Part shown: positions 53,801 to 64,000 of the stretch, piece after piece
How positions within the stretch are numbered: the first letter of the stretch is position 1
Layout of the letters: each line of letters begins with the position of its first letter
From: Eledone cirrhosa
Lineage: Eukaryota
Length of the DNA: 64,000 nucleotides
Reading direction: 5' to 3'
Assembly (NCBI GenBank): GCA_964016885.1
Contig: OZ024741.1
Span: forward strand, 13,950,001-14,014,000
Notes under the pieces: model-generated
The model's input: the letters and a program-made list of their open reading frames with translations, nothing else
Told to the model about the DNA's origin: nothing
The model's database searches: none
Program-made: the position numbers and the translations under genes

Positions 53801-56800
53801 ATAATACTGTGGTTTAGTAGCTAGGGTGTGGAGTACCACCATAATACTGTGGTTTAGTAGCTAGGGTGTGGAGTACCACCATAATACTGTGGTTTAGTAG
53901 CTAGGGTGTGGAGTACCACCATAATACTGTGGTTTAGTAACTAGTGTGTGGAGTACCACCATAATACTGTGATTTAGTAGTTAGGGTGTGGAGTACCACC
54001 ATAATACTGTTGTTTAGTAGCTAGGGTGTGGAGTACCACCGTAATACTATGGTTTAGTAGCTAGGGTGTGGAGTACCACCATAATACTGTGGTTTAGTAA
54101 CTAGGGTGTGGACTACCACCATAATACTGTGGTTTAGTAACTAGAGTGTGGAGTACCACCATAATACTGTGGTTTAGTAACTAGGGTGTGGAGTACCACC
54201 ATAATACTGTGGTTTAGTAGCTAGGGTGTGGAGTACCACCATAATACTGTGGTTTAGTAACTAGGGTGTGGAGTACCACCATAATACTGTGATGTAGTAG
54301 CTAGGGTGTGGAGTACCACCATAATACTGTTGTTTAGTAGCTAGGGTGTGGAGTACACCATCATACTGTGGTTTAGTAGCTAGAGTGTGGAGTACCACCA
54401 TAATACTGTGGTTTAGTAGCTAGGATGTGGAGTACACCATCATACTGTGGTTTAGTAGCTAGGGTGTGCAATACCACCATAATACTGTGGTTTAGTAACT
54501 AGGGTGTGGAGTACCACCATAATACTGTGGTTTAGTAACTAGGGTGTGGAGTACCACCATAATACTGTGGTTTAGTAGCTAGGGTGTGGAGTACCACCAT
54601 AATACTGTGGTTTAGTAACTAGTGTGTGGAGTACCACCATAATACTGTGGTTTAGTAGCTAGGGTGTGGAGTACCACCATAATACTGTGGTTTAGTAACT
54701 AGGGTGTGGAGTACCACCATAATACTGTGGTTTAGTAACTAGGGTGTGGAGTACCACCATAATATTGTGGTTTAGTAGCTAGGGTGTGGAGTACCACCAT
54801 AATACTGTGGTTTAGTAACTAGGGGGTGGAGTACCACCATAATACTGTGGTTTAGTAGCTAGGGTGTGGAGTACCACCATAATACTGTGGTTTAGTAACT
54901 AGGGTGTGGTGTACCACCATAATACTGTGGTTTAGTTGCTAGGGTGTGGAGTACCACCATAATACTGTGGATAGTAACTAGGATGTGAGGTACCAACATA
55001 ATACTGTGGTTTAGTAACTAGGGTGTGGAATACCACCATAATACTGTAGTTTAGTAGCTCGGTGTGATGTACCACCATAATACTGTGGTTTAGTAACTAG
55101 GGTGTGGAGTACCACCATAATACTGTGGTTTAGTAGCTAGGGTGTGGAGTACACCATAATACTGTGGTTTAGTAACTAGGTTGTAGAGTACCACCATAAT
55201 ACTGTGGTTTAGTAACTAGGGTGTGGAGTACCACCATAATACTGTGGTTTAGAAGCTAGGGTGTGGAGTACACCATAATACTGTGGTTTAGTAACTAGGG
55301 TGTGGAGTACCACCATAATACTGTGGTTTAGTAACTAGGGTGTGGAGTACCACCATAATACTGTGGTTTAGTAGCTAGGGTGTGGAGTACCACCATAATA
55401 CTGTGGTTCAGTAACTAGGGTGTGGAATACCACCATAATACTGTGGTTTAGTAGCTAGGGTGTGGAGTACCACCATAATACTTTGTTCAGTAACTAGGGT
55501 GTGGAGTACCACCATAATACTGTGGTTTAGTAACTAGGGTGTGAAGTACAACCATAATACTGTGATTTAGTAACTAGGGTGGGGAGTACCACCATAATAC
55601 TGTGGTTTAGTAGCTAGGGTGTGGAGTACCACCATAATACTGTGGTTTAGTAGCTAGGGTGTGGAGTACCACCATAATACTGTGGTTTAGTAGCTAGGGT
55701 GTGGAGTACCACCATAATACTGTGGTTTAGTAACTAGTGTGTGGAGTACCACCATAATACTGTGATTTAGTATTTAGGGTGTGGAGTACCACCATAATAC
55801 TGTTGTTTAGTAGCTAGGGTGTGGAGTACCACCGTAATACTATGGTTTAGTAGCTAGGGTGTGGAGTACCACCATAATACTGTGGTTTAGTAACTAGGGT
55901 GTGGACTACCACCATAATACTGTGGTTTAGTAACTAGAGTGTGGAGTACCACCATAATACTGTGGTTTAGTAACTAGGGTGTGGAGTACCACCATAATAC
56001 TGTGGTTTAGTAGCTAGGGTGTGGAGTACCACCATAATACTGTGGTTTAGTAACTAGGGTGTGGAGTACCACCATAATACTGTGATTTAGTAGCTAGGGT
56101 GTGGAGTACCACCATAATACTGTTGTTTAGTAGCTAGGGTGTGGAGTACACCATCATACTGTGGTTTAGTAGCTAGAGTGTGGAGTACCACCATAATACT
56201 GTGGTTTAGTAGCTAGGGTGTGGAGTACACCATAATACAGTGGTTTAGTAACTAGGGTGTGGAATACCACCATAATACTGTGGTTTAGTAACTAGGGTGT
56301 GGAGTACCACCATAATACTGTGGTTTAGTAACTAGCGTGTGGAGTACCACCATAATACTGTGGTTTAGTGGCTAGGGTGTGGAGTACCACCATAATACTG
56401 TGGTTTAGTAACTAGGGTGTGGAGTACCACCATAATACTGTGGTTTAGTAGCTAGGGTGTGGAGTACCACCATAATACTGTGGTTTAGTAACTAGGATGT
56501 GGAGTACCACCATAATACTGTGGTTTAGTAACTAGGGTGTGGAGTACCACCATAATACTGTGGTTTAGTAACTAGGGTGTGGAGTACCACCATAATACTG
56601 TGGTTTAGTAACTAGGGTGTGGAGTACCACCATAATACTGTGGTTTAGTAGCTAGGGTGTGGAGTACCACCATAATACTGTGGTTTAGTAACTAGTGTGT
56701 GGAGTACCACCATAATACTGTGGTTTAGTAGCTAGGGTGTGGAGTACCACCATAATACTGTGGTTTAGTAACTAGGGTGTGGAGTACCACCATAATACTG

Positions 56801-59800
56801 TGGTTTAGTAACTAGGGTGTGGAGTACCACCATAATATTGTGGTTTAGTAGCTAGGGTGTGGAGTACCACCATAATACTGTGGTTTAGTAACTAGGGGGT
56901 GGAGTACCACCATAATACTGTGGTTTAGTAGCTAGGGTGTGGAGTACCACCATAATACTGTGGTTTAGTAACTAGGGTGTGGTGTACCACCATAATACTG
57001 TGGTTTAGTTGCTAGGGTGTGGAGTACCACCATAATACTGTGGATAGTAACTAGGATGTGAGGTACCAACATAATACTGTGGTTTAGTAACTAGGGTGTG
57101 GAATACCACCATAATACTGTAGTTTAGTAGCTCGGTGTGATGTACCACCATAATACTGTGGTTTAGTAACTAGGGTGTGGAGTACCACCATAATACTGTG
57201 GTTTAGTAGCTAGGGTGTGGAGTACACCATAATACTGTGGTTTAGTAACTAGGTTGTAGAGTACCACCATAATACTGTGGTTTAGTAACTAGGGTGTGGA
57301 GTACCACCATAATACTGTGGTTTAGAAGCTAGGGTGTGGAGTACACCATAATACTGTGGTTTAGTAACTAGGGTGTGGAGTACCACCATAATACTGTGGT
57401 TTAGTAACTAGGGTGTGGAGTACCACCATAATACTGTGGTTTAGTAGCTAGGGTGTGGAGTACCACCATAATACTGTGGTTCAGTAACTAGGGTGTGGAG
57501 TACCACCATAATACTGTGGTTTAGTAGCTAGGGTGTGGAGTACCACCATAATACTTTGTTCAGTAACTAGGGTGTGGAGTACCACCATAATACTGTGGTT
57601 TAGTAACTAGGGTGTGAAGTACAACCATAATACTGTGATTTAGTAACTAGGGTGGGGAGTACCACCATAATACTGTGGTTTAGTAGCTAGGGTGTGGAGT
57701 ACCACCATAATACTGTGGTTTAGTAGCTAGGGTGTGGAGTACCACCATAATACTGTGGTTTAGTAGCTAGGGTGTGGAGTACCACCATAATACTGTGGTT
57801 TAGTAGCTAGGGTGTGGAGTACACCATAATACTGTGGTTTAGTAACTAGGTTGTAGAGTACCACCATAATACTGTGGTTTAGTAACTAGGGTGTGGAGTA
57901 CCACCATAATACTGTGGTTTAGAAGCTAGGGTGTGGAGTACACCATAATACTGTGGTTTAGTAACTAGGGTGTGGAGTACCACCATAATACTGTGGTTTA
58001 GTAACTAGGGTGTGGAGTACCACCATAATACTGTGGTTTAGTAGCTAGGGTGTGGAGTACCACCATAATACTGTGGTTCAGTAACTAGGGTGTGGAGTAC
58101 CACCATAATACTGTGGTTTAGTAGCTAGGGTGTGGAGTACCACCATAATACTTTGTTCAGTAACTAGGGTGTGGAGTACCACCATAATACTGTGGTTTAG
58201 TAACTAGGGTGTGAAGTACAACCATAATACTGTGATTTAGTAACTAGGGTGGGGAGTACCACCATAATACTGTGGTTTAGTAGCTAGGGTGTGGAGTACC
58301 ACCATAATACTGTGGTTTAGTAGCTAGGGTGTGGAGTACCACCATAATACTGTGGTTTAGTAGCTAGGGTGTGGAGTACCACCATAATACTGTGGTTTAG
58401 TAACTAGTGTGTGGAGTACCACCATAATACTGTGATTTAGTAGTTAGGGTGTGGAGTACCACCATAATACTGTTGTTTAGTAGCTAGGGTGTGGAGTACC
58501 ACCGTAATACTATGGTTTAGTAGCTAGGGTGTGGAGTACCACCATAATACTGTGGTTTAGTAACTAGGGTGTGGACTACCACCATAATACTGTGGTTTAG
58601 TAACTAGAGTGTGGAGTACCACCATAATACTGTGGTTTAGTAACTAGGGTGTGGAGTACCACCATAATACTGTGGTTTAGTAGCTAGGGTGTGGAGTACC
58701 ACCATAATACTGTGGTTTAGTAACTAGGGTGTGGAGTACCACCATAATACTGTGATTTAGTAGCTAGGGTGTGGAGTACCACCATAATACTGTTGTTTAG
58801 TAGCTAGGGTGTGGAGTACACCATCATACTGTGGTTTAGTAGCTAGAGTGTGGAGTACCACCATAATACTGTGGTTTAGTAACTAGGGTGTGGAGTACCA
58901 CCATAATACTGTGGTTTAGTAGCTAGGGTGTGGAGTACCACCATAATACTGTGGTTTAGTAACTAGGGTGTGGTGTACCACCATAATACTGTGGTTTAGT
59001 TGCTAGGGTGTGGAGTACCACCATAATACTGTGGATAGTAACTAGGATGTGAGGTACCAACATAATACTGTGGTTTAGTAACTAGGGTGTGGAATACCAC
59101 CATAATACTGTAGTTTAGTAGCTCGGTGTGATGTACCACCATAATACTGTGGTTTAGTAACTAGGGTGTGGAGTACCACCATAATACTGTGGTTTAGTAG
59201 CTAGGGTGTGGAGTACACCATAATACTGTGGTTTAGTAACTAGGTTGTAGAGTACCACCATAATACTGTGGTTTAGTAACTAGGGTGTGGAGTACCACCA
59301 TAATACTGTGGTTTAGAAGCTAGGGTGTGGAGTACACCATAATACTGTGGTTTAGTAACTAGGGTGTGGAGTACCACCATAATACTGTGGTTTAGTAACT
59401 AGGGTGTGGAGTACCACCATAATACTGTGGTTTAGTAGCTAGGGTGTGGAGTACCACCATAATACTGTGGTTCAGTAACTAGGGTGTGGAATACCACCAT
59501 AATACTGTGGTTTAGTAGCTAGGGTGTGGAGTACCACCATAATACTTTGTTCAGTAACTAGGGTGTGGAGTACCACCATAATACTGTGGTTTAGTAACTA
59601 GGGTGTGAAGTACAACCATAATACTGTGATTTAGTAACTAGGGTGGGGAGTACCACCATAATACTGTGGTTTAGTAGCTAGGGTGTGGAGTACCACCATA
59701 ATACTGTGGTTTAGTAGCTAGGGTGTGGAGTACCACCATAATACTGTGGTTTAGTAGCTAGGGTGTGGAGTACCACCATAATACTGTGGTTTAGTAACTA

Positions 59801-62800
59801 GTGTGTGGAGTACCACCATAATACTGTGATTTAGTATTTAGGGTGTGGAGTACCACCATAATACTGTTGTTTAGTAGCTAGGGTGTGGAGTACCACCGTA
59901 ATACTATGGTTTAGTAGCTAGGGTGTGGAGTACCACCATAATACTGTGGTTTAGTAACTAGGGTGTGGACTACCACCATAATACTATGGTTTAGTAACTA
60001 GAGTGTGGAGTACCACCATAATACTGTGGTTTAGTAACTAGGGTGTGGAGTACCACCATAATACTGTGGTTTAGTAGCTAGGGTGTGGAGTACCACCATA
60101 ATACTGTGGTTTAGTAACTAGGGTGTGGAGTACCACCATAATACTGTGATTTAGTAGCTAGGGTGTGGAGTACCACCATAATACTGTTGTTTAGTAGCTA
60201 GGGTGTGGAGTACACCATCATACTGTGGTTTAGTAGCTAGAGTGTGGAGTACCACCATAATACTGTGGTTTAGTAGCTAGGGTGTGGAGTACACCATAAT
60301 ACAGTGGTTTAGTAACTAGGGTGTGGAATACCACCATAATACTGTGGTTTAGTAACTAGGGTGTGGAGTACCACCATAATACTGTGGTTTAGTAACTAGC
60401 GTGTGGAGTACCACCATAATACTGTGGTTTAGTGGCTAGGGTGTGGAGTACCACCATAATACTGTGGTTTAGTAACTAGGGTGTGGAGTACCACCATAAT
60501 ACTGTGGTTTAGTAGCTAGGGTGTGGAGTACCACCATAATACTGTGGTTTAGTAACTAGGATGTGGAGTACCACCATAATACTGTGGTTTAGTAACTAGG
60601 GTGTGGAGTACCACCATAATACTGTGGTTTAGTAACTAGGGTGTGGAGTACCACCATAATACTGTGGTTTAGTAACTAGGGTGTGGAGTACCACCATAAT
60701 ACTGTGGTTTAGTAGCTAGGGTGTGGAGTACCACCATAATACTGTGGTTTAGTAACTAGTGTGTGGAGTACCACCATAATACTGTGGTTTAGTAGCTAGG
60801 GTGTGGAGTACCACCATAATACTGTGGTTTAGTAACTAGGGTGTGGAGTACCACCATAATACTGTGGTTTAGTAACTAGGGTGTGGAGTACCACCATAAT
60901 ATTGTGGTTTAGTAGCTAGGGTGTGGAGTACCACCATAATACTGTGGTTTAGTAACTAGGGGGTGGAGTACCACCATAATACTGTGGTTTAGTAGCTAGG
61001 GTGTGGAGTACCACCATAATACTGTGGTTTAGTAACTAGGGTGTGGTGTACCACCATAATACTGTGGTTTAGTTGCTAGGGTGTGGAGTACCACCATAAT
61101 ACTGTGGATAGTAACTAGGATGTGAGGTACCAACATAATACTGTGGTTTAGTAACTAGGGTGTGGAATACCACCATAATACTGTAGTTTAGTAGCTCGGT
61201 GTGATGTACCACCATAATACTGTGGTTTAGTAACTAGGGTGTGGAGTACCACCATAATACTGTGGTTTAGTAGCTAGGGTGTGGAGTACACCATAATACT
61301 GTGGTTTAGTAACTAGGTTGTAGAGTACCACCATAATACTGTGGTTTAGTAACTAGGGTGTGGAGTACCACCATAATACTGTGGTTTAGAAGCTAGGGTG
61401 TGGAGTACACCATAATACTGTGGTTTAGTAACTAGGGTGTGGAGTACCACCATAATACTGTGGTTTAGTAACTAGGGTGTGGAGTACCACCATAATACTG
61501 TGGTTTAGTAGCTAGGGTGTGGAGTACCACCATAATACTGTGGTTCAGTAACTAGGGTGTGGAGTACCACCATAATACTGTGGTTTAGTAGCTAGGGTGT
61601 GGAGTACCACCATAATACTTTGTTCAGTAACTAGGGTGTGGAGTACCACCATAATACTGTGGTTTAGTAACTAGGGTGTGAAGTACAACCATAATACTGT
61701 GATTTAGTAACTAGGGTGGGGAGTACCACCATAATACTGTGGTTTAGTAGCTAGGGTGTGGAGTACCACCATAATACTGTGGTTTAGTAGCTAGGGTGTG
61801 GAGTACCACCATAATACTGTGGTTTAGTAGCTAGGGTGTGGAGTACCACCATAATACTGTGGTTTAGTAGCTAGGGTGTGGAGTACACCATAATACTGTG
61901 GTTTAGTAACTAGGTTGTAGAGTACCACCATAATACTGTGGTTTAGTAACTAGGGTGTGGAGTACCACCATAATACTGTGGTTTAGAAGCTAGGGTGTGG
62001 AGTACACCATAATACTGTGGTTTAGTAACTAGGGTGTGGAGTACCACCATAATACTGTGGTTTAGTAACTAGGGTGTGGAGTACCACCATAATACTGTGG
62101 TTTAGTAGCTAGGGTGTGGAGTACCACCATAATACTGTGGTTCAGTAACTAGGGTGTGGAGTACCACCATAATACTGTGGTTTAGTAGCTAGGGTGTGGA
62201 GTACCACCATAATACTTTGTTCAGTAACTAGGGTGTGGAGTACCACCATAATACTGTGGTTTAGTAACTAGGGTGTGAAGTACAACCATAATACTGTGAT
62301 TTAGTAACTAGGGTGGGGAGTACCACCATAATACTGTGGTTTAGTAGCTAGGGTGTGGAGTACCACCATAATACTGTGGTTTAGTAGCTAGGGTGTGGAG
62401 TACCACCATAATACTGTGGTTTAGTAGCTAGGGTGTGGAGTACCACCATAATACTGTGGTTTAGTAACTAGTGTGTGGAGTACCACCATAATACTGTGAT
62501 TTAGTAGTTAGGGTGTGGAGTACCACCATAATACTGTTGTTTAGTAGCTAGGGTGTGGAGTACCACCGTAATACTATGGTTTAGTAGCTAGGGTGTGGAG
62601 TACCACCATAATACTGTGGTTTAGTAACTAGGGTGTGGACTACCACCATAATACTGTGGTTTAGTAACTAGAGTGTGGAGTACCACCATAATACTGTGGT
62701 TTAGTAACTAGGGTGTGGAGTACCACCATAATACTGTGGTTTAGTAGCTAGGGTGTGGAGTACCACCATAATACTGTGGTTTAGTAACTAGGGTGTGGAG

Positions 62801-64000
62801 TACCACCATAATACTGTGATTTAGTAGCTAGGGTGTGGAGTACCACCATAATACTGTTGTTTAGTAGCTAGGGTGTGGAGTACACCATCATACTGTGGTT
62901 TAGTAGCTAGAGTGTGGAGTACCACCATAATACTGTGGTTTAGTAGCTAGGGTGTGGAGTACACCATAATACAGTGGTTTAGTAACTAGGGTGTGGAATA
63001 CCACCATAATACTGTGGTTTAGTAACTAGGGTGTGGAGTACCACCATAATACTGTGGTTTAGTAACTAGGGTGTGGAGTACCACCATAATACTGTGGTTT
63101 AGTGGCTAGGGTGTGGAGTACCACCATAATACTGTGGTTTAGTAACTAGGGTGTGGAGTACCACCATAATACTGTGGTTTAGTAGCTAGGGTGTGGAGTA
63201 CCACCATAATACTGTGGTTTAGTAACTAGGATGTGGAGTACCACCATAATACTGTGGTTTAGTAACTAGGGTGTGGAGTACCACCATAATACTGTGGTTT
63301 AGTAGCTAGGGTGTGGAGTACCACCATAATACTGTGGTTTAGTAAGTAGGGGGTGGAGTACCACCATAATACTGTGGTTTAGTAGCTAGGGTGTGGAGTA
63401 CCACCATAATACTGTGGTTTAATAACTAGGGTGTGGTGTACCACCATAATACTGTGGTTTAGTTGCTAGGGTGTGGAGTACCACCATAATACTGTGGTTT
63501 AGTAACTAGGATGTGGAGTACCACCATAATACTGTGGTTTAGTAACTAGGGTGTGGAATACCACCATAATACTGTGGTTTAGTAGCTAGGTGTGATGTAC
63601 CACCATAATACTGTGGTTTAGTAACTAGGGTGTGGAGTACCACCATAATACTGTGGTTTAGTAGCTAGGGTGTGGAGTACACCATACTACTGTGGTTTAG
63701 TAACTAGGGTGTAGAGTACCACCATAATACTGTGGTTTAGTAACTAGGGTGTGGAGTACCACCATAATACTGTGGTTTAGTAGCTAGGTGTGGAGTACAC
63801 CATAATACTGTGGTTTAGTAACTATGGTGTGGAGTACCACCATAATACTGTGGTTTAGTAACTAGGGTGTGGAGTACCACCATAATACTGTGGTTTAGTA
63901 GCTAGGGTGTGGAGTACACCATAATACAGTGGTTTAATAACTAGGGTGTGGAATACCACCATAATACTGTGGTGTAGTAACTAGGGTGTGGAGTACCACC
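14857..64000. repeat. 40-bp satellite DNA, consensus ACTGTGGTTTAGTA(A/G)CTAGGGTGTGGAGTACCACCATAAT (frequent 39-bp and occasional 38-bp variants), about 1230 monomers, running off the window end, with higher-order repeats
   Basis: Uninterrupted head-to-tail array in one orientation with no spacers or insertions seen. It is stop-rich and its unit length is not a multiple of 3. Rare variants recur at fixed multi-kb offsets. Confidence 0.98.

Noticed and set aside
14857-64000. CRISPR-like array (about 40-bp, partly palindromic repeats)
   Set aside because: Monomers are directly head-to-tail with no unique spacers, there are no cas genes, and the context is eukaryotic.

Overview
This is eukaryotic, repeat-dominated DNA. 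The AT/GT microsatellite load and the RTE-type retroposon tails suggest a cephalopod (Octopus-like) genome, which is an inference. There is no prokaryotic content, CRISPR array or RNA gene. Layout: (i) 1-1233 is the 3' half of a disabled RTE-clade LINE whose ORF2 carries a PHD-like C4HC3 finger and a highly structured 3' UTR. (ii) 1.2-4 kb holds microsatellites and two further RTE remnants. (iii) 4021-11601 is about 280 copies of a 27-bp unit with no frameshift or stop in the + frame (GGGCNDHNI)n. It begins directly behind a CTAAC branch point and AG acceptor, making it a candidate giant repeat exon for a Cys/His/Asp/Gly nonapeptide protein; this is the most interesting lead but is unproven. 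(iv) 11.7-14.85 kb holds simple repeats, including head-to-head complementary (CAC)n/(GTG)n tracts bracketed by strong splice-like sites. (v) 14857-64000 is a >49-kb satellite of 40-bp monomers (about 1230) with nested higher-order repeats (offsets 994, 1553, 4064, 4900, 7529, 7809 bp) and two variant-defined layers. Most ORFs in the supplied track are microsatellite artefacts.
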